Shown here piece by piece: positions 35,470 to 45,900 of a stretch of DNA of 54,571 nt. Position 1 is the stretch's first letter. Every line of letters starts with the position of its first letter. The notes beneath the pieces are model-generated. The model was not told the origin of the DNA. It did not search any database and saw nothing but the letters and a program-made list of their open reading frames with translations. The position numbers and the translations under genes were made by a program. The stretch is from assembly GCA_903842795.1 (NCBI GenBank), contig CAIMNJ010000017.1, forward strand, positions 1 through 54,571, read 5' to 3'. This DNA is from an uncultured bacterium (lineage in GTDB: Bacteria; Patescibacteriota; Microgenomatia; UBA1400; PJMF01).

Positions 35470-36798
35470 ATGCCAGTTAAAAAAACTAGCGTTACAGAAC
35501 AAGAAAAGGTTGTTGAGGTTGTTCCACCACCATCTTTGGAGCAGGCTCCAGTGGCTGTAGAGCAGGTCGTTGCAACAGATAAGTCAGATATTCGCCAAGA
35601 ATCTCATAGTACTGGTTTTAATCCCAGAATTATTAGACATAAGGTAAACCGCAGTTATCAGGAAGAAGAAGGTCCATCTGAATTAATCGAAGGCGTGTTG
35701 GACATGTCCAGAGAAGGTCATGGTGTTTTACGCGTAGGCTTTTCTGAATCAGAGCGCGATGCTTATATTTCTACTTCACAGATTCGTCGTCTCCAGCTTC
35801 GTCCTGGCGATGTAATAACCGGTCCAGCCAGAAAACCAAAAGACAACGAACGCTTTTGGGGTTTACTCAAGATAGATAAGGTTAATGGCGTTTCTGTTGA
35901 GGAATTTGCCAAGAAAGAGCGTGTCAAATTTAAAGCTCTGACTCCAGTCTATCCAGATAGTCAGATCAAATTAGAAACTGGCAAGGAGCCATTGTCTTTA
36001 CGCATTATTGACATGATTGCCCCAATCGGCAAAGGTCAACGTAGTTTAATCGTTTCTCCTCCAAAAGCTGGTAAAACAACCTTACTAAAAGATATCGCCA
36101 CTGGTGTGGCAGCCAACAATCCAGACATTCATTTGATGGCTGTTTTGGTTGGTGAGAGACCAGAAGAGGTGACTGACATTCGTCGTCACATCGATCATTT
36201 GACCAAAGGCAAAGGAGAAGTGGCTGCTAGTAACTTTGATGAGCCAGCTACGGATCAGTGCCGTGTTGCCGAATTAGCTTTGGAAAGAGCCAAAAGATTG
36301 GTGGAAGCAGGTAAAGATGTAGTGATTTTGCTTGATTCAATCACTCGCTTGGCCAGAGCTTACAACTTAGCAATGCCAACTTCTGGCCGTACTTTGTCTG
36401 GAGGTTTTGATCCAGCAGCTCTTTTCCCACCAAAGAAATTTTTTGGTGCAGCTAGAAATTTTGAAGTCCAAGGTTCTTTGACAATTGTTGGTACCGCTTT
36501 AGTTGATACTGGTTCAAGAATGGACGATCTTGTTTATGAGGAATTTAAAGGTACTGGCAACCAAGAGATTCATTTGGATAGAGGTTTAGCTGAAAGACGC
36601 ATTCATCCTTCAATTGATGTACAAAAATCTGGAACTCGTCGCGATGATTTATTGATTAATCCTATTACATACCAGGCTATTATTACTTTGCATCGTATGC
36701 TTGATATGCTAAATAAAGATGAGCGTACCATCACCTTGATTGAAAAACTCAAGAGAAGTGATAGTAATAAAGAGTTTTTGGCCTCACTTAAGGGTTAA
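35470..36798 (+). CDS. rho: Transcription termination factor Rho
   Basis: 442 aa. It has a CSD-like RNA-binding region (GVLDMSREGHGVLR...RFWGLLKIDKVNG), Walker A (SPPKAGKTTLL) and a RecA-type core (LLDSITRLARAYN). Confidence 0.93.
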   Translation: MPVKKTSVTEQEKVVEVVPPPSLEQAPVAVEQVVATDKSDIRQESHSTGFNPRIIRHKVNRSYQEEEGPSELIEGVLDMSREGHGVLRVGFSESERDAYISTSQIRRLQLRPGDVITGPARKPKDNERFWGLLKIDKVNGVSVEEFAKKERVKFKALTPVYPDSQIKLETGKEPLSLRIIDMIAPIGKGQRSLIVSPPKAGKTTLLKDIATGVAANNPDIHLMAVLVGERPEEVTDIRRHIDHLTKGKGEVAASNFDEPATDQCRVAELALERAKRLVEAGKDVVILLDSITRLARAYNLAMPTSGRTLSGGFDPAALFPPKKFFGAARNFEVQGSLTIVGTALVDTGSRMDDLVYEEFKGTGNQEIHLDRGLAERRIHPSIDVQKSGTRRDDLLINPITYQAIITLHRMLDMLNKDERTITLIEKLKRSDSNKEFLASLKG

Positions 36799-36818
36799 AA
36801 AGAAAGAAGAAAGGCGGA

Positions 36819-37985
36819 GTGCTTTTGTTTGAGAGGAGAATCAGCTACAGTCGTCACAATGGTAAGTTTTTAAGTAAACTTGCCTTGTTGTTTACTGATC
36901 TAAGAGCTTTTGGTCTTTTTGTTAGAACATATTTCAAATACAGAATATATAGTGTTTTTGCTTGGTTTGAAAACTTTAAAGATAAGTTGGTTGACATGCT
37001 TTATATGCAAAGAGGCAAATACACTAAGCCCTTTTTGCATTTTGGCACCATCGGACTAACTTTTTTGATGGTAACTTTTGGTCCAAGGCTTTTAAGTAAA
37101 AATGATGATAATAATCAGCAAAAAGTTTTGGCTAGTCCAATTCTTTCCACTGCTACTGCGGCTGCTCCAGACTTCTACACTTCTCAGGCTGAAGAAGTTC
37201 GTCAATATAGAGGTGGAGAAATTATTACCCATGTAGTTTCTGATGGAGAAACCATTTCTAGCATTGCGGAACGTTATGGTTTGAAGCAAAGTACTATTTT
37301 GTGGGAAAACAATTTAACTGATAAATCAAAAATTAAACCTGGTCAAGAATTAAATATTTTGCCGGTAGATGGAGTTCGTCACAAAGTGGTTCGTGGAGAA
37401 ACAATTTATTCCATTGGTAAAAAATATGGTCTAGATGGTTCTCAAGTGCAGATGATTGTTGACTATCCTTTCAATGAATTTTTAAATGATGAAACTTTTG
37501 AATTGGTGGTGGGGCAATATTTAATGGTTCCAGAAGGTGAAAAGGCTGAAGTGAAGTTGCCAAGTGGGGCTGGTAAAGCCAAATACGGATCTTTGACTCC
37601 AGATGCTGGTACAGTTTCTGCACTAGGATCATTTATTTGGCCGGCTTCAGGAACAATTACTCAGGGTTTTAGTTTCTTTCACAAGGCTTTTGATATTGCC
37701 AACCGTGCTGCTGGACCAATTTTGGCAGCTGATGCTGGAATGGTCAAAGTTGCTGGTTGGCCAGATAATTCTGGCTATGGTAACAGAGTAATGATTGATC
37801 ATGGAAATGGTTATATTACTCTATATGGACACATGTCTGTGATTCAGGTTGTAGCTGGCCAGAGAGTCAAGAGAGGTGATGTAATTGGACAGATGGGTAA
37901 TACTGGTCGCAGCACTGGTACTCATTTGCATTTTGAAATTAGACAAGGTGGAGCTTTGCTGAATCCAGCAAATTTCTTGAAATAA
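36819..37985 (+). CDS. LysM-domain M23 family peptidase
   Basis: 388 aa. It has two LysM-like repeats (HVVSDGETISSIAERYGL, HKVVRGETIYSIGKKYGL) and an M23 signature (GHMSVIQVVAGQRVKRGDVIGQMGNTGRSTGTHLHFEIR). The track start is GTG and the true start is uncertain. Confidence 0.85.
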   Translation: MLLFERRISYSRHNGKFLSKLALLFTDLRAFGLFVRTYFKYRIYSVFAWFENFKDKLVDMLYMQRGKYTKPFLHFGTIGLTFLMVTFGPRLLSKNDDNNQQKVLASPILSTATAAAPDFYTSQAEEVRQYRGGEIITHVVSDGETISSIAERYGLKQSTILWENNLTDKSKIKPGQELNILPVDGVRHKVVRGETIYSIGKKYGLDGSQVQMIVDYPFNEFLNDETFELVVGQYLMVPEGEKAEVKLPSGAGKAKYGSLTPDAGTVSALGSFIWPASGTITQGFSFFHKAFDIANRAAGPILAADAGMVKVAGWPDNSGYGNRVMIDHGNGYITLYGHMSVIQVVAGQRVKRGDVIGQMGNTGRSTGTHLHFEIRQGGALLNPANFLK

Positions 37986-37997
37986 AGAAAGATTAAT

Positions 37998-39161
37998 ATG
38001 ATTGACTTAGTTAAATTAACTCTAGCAGCTGGTGATGGTGGCAATGGCAAAGTTTCATTTCGCAGAGAAAAATTTGTGGCCAAAGGTGGTCCTGACGGCG
38101 GTGATGGTGGTGATGGAGGGTCAATTATCATTCGCAGCAAGGCAGGACTAACTACTTTACGTGATTATGCTGGTGTTAAACTGGTCAAAGCTGATAATGG
38201 CGGTCATGGTGGTCGTCGCAAGATGTTTGGAGAGAAGGGTGCTGATAAATTTTTGGAAGTACCTGTGGGGACAGTTATTTATTTGCTCGCAGAAAATAAG
38301 ATTGCTGCAAAAAAAAGAAACAATACTTTATTGGGAGAGGAAGCCTTACATGGAGGCAAATATTATTTGGAAACCGAAAATCAAGGCATTCCATTTCGTG
38401 ACCCAGATGATCAGCTTAAGCCTCTTGAAGATAAATTAGAGCTTTTTGTTTTTCAAGAACCAGATCAAGAATTTATTGTTTGTGAAGGTGGTCATGGTGG
38501 TCGTGGAAGTGTGCATTTTAAATCTTCTGTGAAAACTACACCTCTGGAAGCAGAATATGGTGTTCCTGGAGAGCAAAAATTAATTCAAATAGAGCTCAAG
38601 CTTTTAGCTGATTTGGGCTTGGTTGGTTTTCCAAATGCTGGTAAAAGCACTTTCCTATCTAAGGTTACTAAAGCCAATCCAAAAATTGCTAACTATCCAT
38701 TCACCACAATCGAACCAAATCTTGGCATCATGTATCTTGGCTCCGGTCAAGGCAAAGACGAACTCGTAATAGCTGATATTCCAGGATTGATTGAGGGAGC
38801 TAGCGAGGGTAAAGGTCTTGGTTTAGACTTTTTACGCCACATTGAAAACTGCAAGAGCTTAATGTTTATTCTTTTTTTGGATGAAGAAGTTATCTTTGAT
38901 GAAAGTCTGAGTGATCAAAAAAGAGCCGAACTACTATGGCAACAATACGAGCAACTGCGTAAAGAATTAAGTGATTATGATCAAAAAATGCTTCAAAAAA
39001 CCTCAATTGTGACATTAAACAAGATAGATTTATATACTAATGAACAGATAGATGTCTTTAGATCTTATTTTATAGACAAAGATGTTAATTTGATATTTTT
39101 TAGCACATTTACCAATAACGGGCTAGAAGATGTCAAAAAGGCGATTGCCAAAACACTTTAG
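37998..39161 (+). CDS. obg: GTPase Obg/CgtA
   Basis: 387 aa. It has the glycine-rich Obg fold (AGDGGNGKVSFRREKFVAKGGPDGGDGGDGG) and G motifs (GFPNAGKSTFLS, DIPGLIEGA, LNKID). An insertion of about 45 aa sits inside the Obg fold. Confidence 0.92.
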   Translation: MIDLVKLTLAAGDGGNGKVSFRREKFVAKGGPDGGDGGDGGSIIIRSKAGLTTLRDYAGVKLVKADNGGHGGRRKMFGEKGADKFLEVPVGTVIYLLAENKIAAKKRNNTLLGEEALHGGKYYLETENQGIPFRDPDDQLKPLEDKLELFVFQEPDQEFIVCEGGHGGRGSVHFKSSVKTTPLEAEYGVPGEQKLIQIELKLLADLGLVGFPNAGKSTFLSKVTKANPKIANYPFTTIEPNLGIMYLGSGQGKDELVIADIPGLIEGASEGKGLGLDFLRHIENCKSLMFILFLDEEVIFDESLSDQKRAELLWQQYEQLRKELSDYDQKMLQKTSIVTLNKIDLYTNEQIDVFRSYFIDKDVNLIFFSTFTNNGLEDVKKAIAKTL

Positions 39162-39189
39162 TTCTACAAAAGCTAGGACAAGCTACAAA

Positions 39190-41229
39190 TTAATTGCCAA
39201 CTAGGTTTTGATCAGAAGTGAGCGCTCCATCTTGAATAACGTTTTCTGTGGCTTGTTTGTCTAATAGATTAGATAGCCCAGAACTTTGTGAGGCACTATT
39301 ATTGATTGTTTGATTTATTGGAGCTGCAGTTGGTGCAATTTCTTTTTTTGCTTTGTTGCTCTCAATTTGAGAGGAAAGCATATTTAATTCTTTTTCTACA
39401 GCTTTGTATTCTTCAGTGTCTTTAGCCAATAAATTTAAACTGTTGATCAGAGAACTCTTTGCTTCAGTTGTTTGGCCATTGGCAATTAAAGCCTTGGATA
39501 AATAGTAGTGAGCAATAAATAAGTCTGGTTTTCTCTCTATCGCTTGATTGAAGAAAGTAATGGCCTCGGAATATTTATTGGTATTCAAGAAAAGCTGGCC
39601 AAGCACAATTCTTAACTCGGGGTCACTTGGGCTATAGGTAGCTGCACGAGCGAGGGAGTTGAAAGCCTCTTGTTGAGCTTGCGCGGTTGTGCCTAGCAGT
39701 TGCATGTAAATTTGAGCCAAAACCGACCAGTTTTGGTAGTTTTGAGGATCAAGGACAGTGGCAGCCTTAGCTTCTCTAATGGCTTGATTTACCAATTGTA
39801 GAACTTGCTCTTGCTCAGCTGGAGTAATGTTGGTTTTATTGGACAAAGCAATGGCAATTTGCAAGTTGGTTAGAGAGTAGCTTCTTCTGATGAAGTCAAT
39901 CTGTGGAGCCAAAATTTTGGCATTTTTTTGGTAATCATAAGCTTTGGCGATTTCATTTTTAGTGACACTAACATTGCTCTTGTAAAGCAAATTGTAGGCA
40001 ATGAATGTTTTGGCGCTAATAAAAACTGCCAAGCCAGTCACGACTGCAATGAGCACATTGCTGGTTAAGAAGACATAGTTTCTTATTTTGGCTAATTTAC
40101 CTCTGTTTAATAAATCAGAAAGACGATGAACGCTAAAATTCACAATTTGAAATTGACTGTTGTAGGCAGTGATGAAAAAAGCGAGTGCTAATGCAAGTAG
40201 GCCAAGCATTGGCAAATTAACTGGAGCTAAAAATTGCCAGGCAAGAGTAGATAAAATAAAAACCTTGAGAAAGATTTCTTGATCGTCGCTTTTTCTTACA
40301 GTAACAAAAGCTTTCCATAAAAAGATCAGATAAACCAAGAAAGAAATTAATCCAGTGCTAACAATAATGGTTAATGGCAAGTTGAAGGCAGAATCAAAAG
40401 TAAATTTCCAATAATTAAAACCATTAACCCAAATTGGCTTGAGGATGTTGTAGGCGTTGCCATAAGAGTCTGGACCGTAACCAAACAAGGCATTTTTGGT
40501 AAAAGTTAAACTGTCAGAAGCAATGCTGGCACTGCTTTTGAGTGAAAGACTTTGGAATCTTGCTTCACCTTTTGGCAAAATTGACCAAATGTTGATTCCT
40601 AGAGCAATAGCAATCAGAACGGTGGTTATTTTATTAAAAAGAGAATCTTTCCAAGATTTTTGATCAAAAACATTACTCAATAGAACCACTGACAAGAACT
40701 GAATCGTTACAAAAGCTGCTCCGGTCAAGGAAAAACCCATCGTATTTGGCAGGTCTAAAACACTTAGTTTATTGATGATTGGACCAATGCCTAGACCAAA
40801 AAGTTGAAAGATAGACAAGACACTCAAGATGATTGCGGCAATATTGGATGACAAAACAAAATATTTGCTAAATTTTTCTTTCAACAATGATGGTGCCAGC
40901 AATATTGTTATTACAAAACTAAGGTAAGCACCACCCATTCCCAAGAATTGTTTGCTGGAGTATTGATGACTAACCAAGCTAGAAATTATTGTCAGGCCAG
41001 CAAATCCAATCAAGGGAAGAGTGAGAGGATTTTTTACAAATTCCCAGCTTTTTTTCTGCAAACTTTGAGCAATGAAGGCAAAAATACTAACAAATGCCAA
41101 TAAAAAGAACAGCAACAATTTACTGTTGATTAAGGGATTGAAAACATATGGGAAGAAAAAAGTTGGTAAAAGAAACACCATTGAAACAAGGAACCAAGTA
41201 AAAAAAGTGTTTAATTTATTTTCTTTCAT
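39190..41229 (-). CDS. O-antigen ligase/Wzy_C-like polytopic membrane protein with C-terminal TPR repeats
   Basis: About 12 TM helices, then the loop motif ALFGYGPDSYGNAY typical of O-antigen ligase-like proteins, then TPR-like repeats (YYLSKALIANGQTTEAKSSL etc.). I place the start at the ATG at 41227-41229 (MKENKLNTFF...). The track's longer version, up to 41376, overlaps the pilin gene. Confidence 0.5.
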   Translation of the reverse strand: MKENKLNTFFTWFLVSMVFLLPTFFFPYVFNPLINSKLLLFFLLAFVSIFAFIAQSLQKKSWEFVKNPLTLPLIGFAGLTIISSLVSHQYSSKQFLGMGGAYLSFVITILLAPSLLKEKFSKYFVLSSNIAAIILSVLSIFQLFGLGIGPIINKLSVLDLPNTMGFSLTGAAFVTIQFLSVVLLSNVFDQKSWKDSLFNKITTVLIAIALGINIWSILPKGEARFQSLSLKSSASIASDSLTFTKNALFGYGPDSYGNAYNILKPIWVNGFNYWKFTFDSAFNLPLTIIVSTGLISFLVYLIFLWKAFVTVRKSDDQEIFLKVFILSTLAWQFLAPVNLPMLGLLALALAFFITAYNSQFQIVNFSVHRLSDLLNRGKLAKIRNYVFLTSNVLIAVVTGLAVFISAKTFIAYNLLYKSNVSVTKNEIAKAYDYQKNAKILAPQIDFIRRSYSLTNLQIAIALSNKTNITPAEQEQVLQLVNQAIREAKAATVLDPQNYQNWSVLAQIYMQLLGTTAQAQQEAFNSLARAATYSPSDPELRIVLGQLFLNTNKYSEAITFFNQAIERKPDLFIAHYYLSKALIANGQTTEAKSSLINSLNLLAKDTEEYKAVEKELNMLSSQIESNKAKKEIAPTAAPINQTINNSASQSSGLSNLLDKQATENVIQDGALTSDQNLVGN

Positions 41230-41257
41230 CTTAATGTTAAGATTAAATGATAACAAG

Positions 41258-41968
41258 ATGAAAGTGAAGCAGCAAAAAGGTCTAACCTTAATAGAAATTT
41301 TGATTGTGGTGGCACTTTTGATGCTTATCTTGTTGGCTCTTTTTAGAGTTTTTAATGTCGATATAAATCGAACCAAAGATGCTCAGAGAAAAAGTGATTT
41401 ACGCGATATTAAATTGGCTTTTGAGGATTATTACAACGATCATCAGGAATACCCAGAGGAAGCTGCTTTGGCAGATTGTAGTGGTAATTCTTTAATGCCT
41501 TATTTAAGCAAAGTTCCTTGTGATCCTGTAACTGGAGAACCATACCTATACATTCCTTTTCCAGGGAATGGCGACAATAGTCAAGGTTATAGAGTTCTGA
41601 GCAGACTGGATGATACTTCCGATCCGATAGTTGCACAGCTCGGTTGTCAGATGGGTTGTGGTATTCCAGAAAGCAATCCTCAGTTTCAAAATAGCTTCAA
41701 CTATGTTTATGGAATAGCTGAGGGTGTACCATTGGTATTGGAAGGAGCAGTTTTTCCCACCAATACTCCTATTCCCACCAGCACTCCCACTCCTGTTCCA
41801 ACTGCCACAGATTCTTATTGTGACACTCACATTTGTTTTTGTTGTGCTAATTCTGCTTACACCACTCAACAAGACTGCAATGTTTGGGTGCCAGGTAATA
41901 ACTGTGATATGGGTCCATTTACTACTGCTACCCAATGTTATAACGAGACACCTTGTCAGAAACAATAA
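41258..41968 (+). CDS. Type IV pilin-like protein (prepilin N-terminal methylation motif) with a T/P linker and a Cys-rich C-terminus
   Basis: MKVKQQKG/LTLIEILIVVALLMLILLALF is a class III signal with E at +5. I place the start at 41258, not the track's 41072. The C-terminus has PTNTPIPTSTPTPVPTA, then 10 Cys in about 50 aa. Confidence 0.75.
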   Translation: MKVKQQKGLTLIEILIVVALLMLILLALFRVFNVDINRTKDAQRKSDLRDIKLAFEDYYNDHQEYPEEAALADCSGNSLMPYLSKVPCDPVTGEPYLYIPFPGNGDNSQGYRVLSRLDDTSDPIVAQLGCQMGCGIPESNPQFQNSFNYVYGIAEGVPLVLEGAVFPTNTPIPTSTPTPVPTATDSYCDTHICFCCANSAYTTQQDCNVWVPGNNCDMGPFTTATQCYNETPCQKQ

Positions 41969-41970
41969 TT

Positions 41971-42528
41971 ATGAAAGCAACCAAAAATCAAAAAGCTTTT
42001 ACTTTGCTTGAACTGCTTGTGGTTATGGCAATTATGGCTCTTCTGGTTGGATTGGGATTGCGTACTTTTGGTAGTGTACAACAAAAATCTAGAGATGGTC
42101 GCCGCAAGCAAGACATTCAGAGTATAAGCAAAGCGCTTGAGCTTTATTATAATGACTACAAACATTATCCTTATGCTTCAGCAGGAAAAATTCTTGGTTG
42201 TGGTGAAAATGCAGCTGAGGAATGTGAATGGGGTGATGTTTGGCAAAACACCACCAACCAAACTCTATATATGGCAAAGATGCCGCTAGATCCTGGTGGT
42301 AGCCAGTATTTTTATTTGGCTGATGCTCAGGGACAAACTTTTCGTCTTTTTGCTTATTTAGAGAACTTGGAAGATGATGCTGTTGTCAAAAATGTTGATG
42401 GTGAGCCGGCTTATTATAGCGGTACTTCTTGTCGCATTATTGATTATGTTTTAACAGCCAACACTTGTAATTATATTGTAATGAGTTCCAACACCACGAC
42501 TGCTCCAAATGTGGTGGATAGCTGGTAA
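41971..42528 (+). CDS. Type IV pilin-like protein
   Basis: MKATKNQKA/FTLLELLVVMAIMALLVGL. The start is placed at 41971, 2 nt after the previous stop. Confidence 0.75.
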   Translation: MKATKNQKAFTLLELLVVMAIMALLVGLGLRTFGSVQQKSRDGRRKQDIQSISKALELYYNDYKHYPYASAGKILGCGENAAEECEWGDVWQNTTNQTLYMAKMPLDPGGSQYFYLADAQGQTFRLFAYLENLEDDAVVKNVDGEPAYYSGTSCRIIDYVLTANTCNYIVMSSNTTTAPNVVDSW

Positions 42529-42532
42529 AAAT

Positions 42533-42994
42533 ATGAAAAGAAATGCTTTTACTTTAATAGAACTATTGGTAGTAATTTCCGTTTTAGGTGTTTTAGTGGC
42601 AGTTTTATTACCAAACTTAATTGGAGTTCGTGCTCGTGCTAGAGACAGTGCTCGTAAGAACGATTTACGCCAACTCAAGGCAGCGATAAGAATGTATTAT
42701 AACGATTTCCAATCATATCCTCCTGACGATGACAACGGCAACATTGTTGCCTGTGGAGTGGATGGCTCGCTGACTTGCCCAAATGAAGATGATGGTTTTG
42801 CTCTTGGCAGTAATGTATATATGAAAGAAATGATTCCAAACAACGAATTTGATTATGTGCAAATGTCTGGAGGTGAAGATTTCTTGCTTTCTACAGTTTT
42901 GGAAAATGCTTCTGACTCAGACATCACCGCCAGCGTAGAACACTGCAATGTACCGGCACCAGTGGCTTCAACTTATTATATTTGTGCTGATTAG
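42533..42994 (+). CDS. Type IV pilin-like protein
   Basis: MKRNA/FTLIELLVVISVLGVLVAVLLPN. The start is placed at 42533, 4 nt after the previous stop. Confidence 0.75.
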   Translation: MKRNAFTLIELLVVISVLGVLVAVLLPNLIGVRARARDSARKNDLRQLKAAIRMYYNDFQSYPPDDDNGNIVACGVDGSLTCPNEDDGFALGSNVYMKEMIPNNEFDYVQMSGGEDFLLSTVLENASDSDITASVEHCNVPAPVASTYYICAD

Positions 42995-42998
42995 CCAA

Positions 42999-45900
42999 TT
43001 AATTGAAGTTTATTCCAGCTGCATTTATTCCACCGAGATTAAAAAGTCCTAATCCCAGATTCAAGTTGCTAGCTTCGCACCAAGAAGAGTAGAAAGGCCC
43101 AATAAAATATGGGGCAATACGATATTTGTAGGTGTGGCCATTGTTAACAGTGTTATCAATTATGCTGGTTGTGTTGGCTGGTAGATTGGTTTGAAAAGTC
43201 ACCCATGATCCACCGTCAACACTGCGTTGAACTTCATAGAAATTTTCATTTGTGGCATTGTCTGTCCAGACAATAGCAAGTTGAGTGTCTCTAATACTTT
43301 CACGGATAAAACAAGAACTAGCAGCCAATGGAGCAGACAAAGTAACAAAACTACGTGGAGTGTCTTGGGTGGCGCTCCAACTATTGCTACCTCCAGGATC
43401 AATGGCGTAACTTCTCCAGTAGTAGGTAGTATTTGGCAGTAGGTCGCTTTGTAGTGTGTAAGAAGATCGACTCTCGCTTGTGTAGGCAGTATTGCTTTGA
43501 GCATTTTGATTACTCCAACCAGTTTGTGAACTTGTTTGATCAAAAGTTTGGCATCCGGTAGTCATGCCAACATTAGTGCAAAGCTCAATTTTGTAGCGTA
43601 AATAATCTCCATCGATATCTTTGGCAGTAGTCATCAATGTTGGCCTAAAATAAGTATTTGTATTGCCATTGAGTGGTAAATCTAGGGTTGGAGCATTTGG
43701 AATATTGTTCATGGAAAAGTTTGCTGAAGCTGACCATGGACTAATTAAGTCAAAAATGTCCCAAAATCTAATACGCCAATAATATGTGCCACCATCAAAT
43801 GGAAGAGTGGTTCCTGCATAGCTAAAATCTTGAGAACGCATACCACTTGAAGATGCAGTCATGCTTTGTTTTCCAGAATCCCACATTACCACTCCAGAAA
43901 AATCAGAAGCATTATTTACTTCGATTTCATAGTAAATTGAGTCGTCACCATTACTGTCGCTGTGAATGGCTGAAAATTCTGGAGTTTGATCAATTATTGC
44001 AGTTGGATTGGTTAGCCCTTCAGTCAAAAGTGAAGTTGGTGCATCTGGATAGGTAGAAGTGGTGAAAGAGTACGGAGATCCCTGCGTGGCTGACCAAATG
44101 TTAGTTCCAGCAGGATCAATGGCATAGCTTCTCCAATAATAAGTTGTATTAACTGCCAAATTTGATTGCAAAGTATATGTTGCTTGTGAACCGCTTGCAT
44201 AAGCAGTATTGCTTTGAGCATTTTGATTACTCCAACCAGTTTGTGAACTTGTTTGATCAAAAGTTTGGCATCCGGTAGTCATGCCAACATTAGTGCAAAG
44301 CTCAATTTTGTAGCGTAAATAATCTCCATCTGTGTCGGTCGTGCTGGTTACAAATCCAAAAGTTAAATTGCGGTCAAGAGCTCCGTTGCTTGGGGAAACT
44401 AAAGTTGGCGTAGTAGGAATAGCGTTGGCAACGTAATCTAAGGTAACATTGCTTAATGTAGGCGATACAAACTCATTGCTAGAGTTAAAAATAGCTCGAT
44501 ATTGAAAATATCTGTTGCTAGTGCTGCTGGTTATTGTTGATCCAGCTGGATTAGTGAGATAATCTCCAGCGCTTTTAATGTCGTCTAGCCAAATGGTACG
44601 ACCTTCATTTCCGTTAGTGATTCTCAGACTAAGGTTGGTGCTAGTGTTTAGATGAGAATCTAATGGTTCAGTGATATTCCAGTATTCCTTTTGCCATTTA
44701 AAAACATTGGCGAGCGGAGTAAATCCAACATTTGAAAAGGTAGAACCACTATCCCAGGATGAAACTGTTACAGCACCAGTGCTTGAATTAATAGAGCTAA
44801 CATTTCCCTGAGCAACATACTCAACACCGTCATAGTTTTCTTTTACAATAATTTTATCTCCAACATATAAATTACTACCTTTATTACTTCCTCCAAAGCC
44901 ACGGCTATCTATAGTAAATGAAGTGTCGTTTATATCATCTATTATGTCGCTAGATTCTAAGATTGCAGCAAAATCTATAGTGACAGAATGGCTGCGAAGA
45001 CCGCTTTCATAAGCCTGGCGAATTTCGTCGGCGGTACGAGCAATATTACTAATGCGAACTTCATCAATTATCCCACTGAAGTATTCTGAAGCCCCAGCAA
45101 ATCTTCCCAAGACTAAATCAGTTGAAGTGTTGGGACTACCATAAGCTGAATTGTTAGCTGCCACAAGTTGCCCATTAACGTAAATTTTTAACCCGCTACT
45201 ATCTCCAGTGGCAGTCACATAATACCATTTATTTATTGAAACAATATTTGCTGTTGTTCTTAAGCTGTTTGTGGCACCACGATCCAGAAGTTGCAATGAT
45301 CCATCAGTTGTAACGCGGAAACGATATCCAGAATTATCTCCTTTATTAATGAAATTGCCATTTTGTAGTGCAGTTGGATAAATCCATGCTTCTAGTGTAA
45401 TGTTCGCAGGATCAAGAGAGTCGTTCTCTGGAATTGTAATGTAATCACTAGTTCCGTTTAGTTTTCTTGCTTTGCCAATTTTTCCTTGCACAAAAGTAGT
45501 GCCAGTTGGTGTGCCATGATTACTACTGCTTCCGCTGTTTCTAATGTATGCATTGTTTCCAGTTTGTTCATCCATGTGCCACAATCCAGCAGTATTAGAA
45601 TCTGGTTGGTAATTTGCGAAGGCTGATTCGCCGATAGTTGTAGTCAAATATGTCCCTGGTTTGTCAGCAGCAATTGAGAAGGGGATTGTGGTTTTTCCGG
45701 AAAGATCGGTGCTGTTAATAGTTTCATTAATGTATTGATCTCGACCCATGCGGTATGATTCTGCAATTTCGTCAGCGGTACGAGCAACATTACTAATGCG
45801 AACTTCATCAATGGAGCCAGTAAAGTATTCTGTTGATCCATACGTTGCCTTGCCGATTTGTAGGGTAGGGCTGCTAGGATTGGCACAATATCCGTAAGTA

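Noticed and set aside
41072-41257. N-terminal 62-codon extension of the first pilin ORF in the track
   Set aside because: It overlaps the O-antigen-ligase-like gene on the other strand. The class III signal peptide (MKVKQQKG/LTLIE) must sit at the N-terminus, so the ATG at 41258 is the sensible start.
41230-41376. N-terminal 49-codon extension of the O-antigen-ligase-like ORF
   Set aside because: It overlaps the pilin gene start. The ATG at 41227-41229 precedes the first TM helix directly.
43486-44330. Diversity-generating retroelement template/variable repeat pair
   Set aside because: The 128-bp tract is perfectly identical, with no adenine-specific mismatches. Flanking differences are not A-biased. 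Both copies lie in the same ORF, and no reverse transcriptase gene is in the window.
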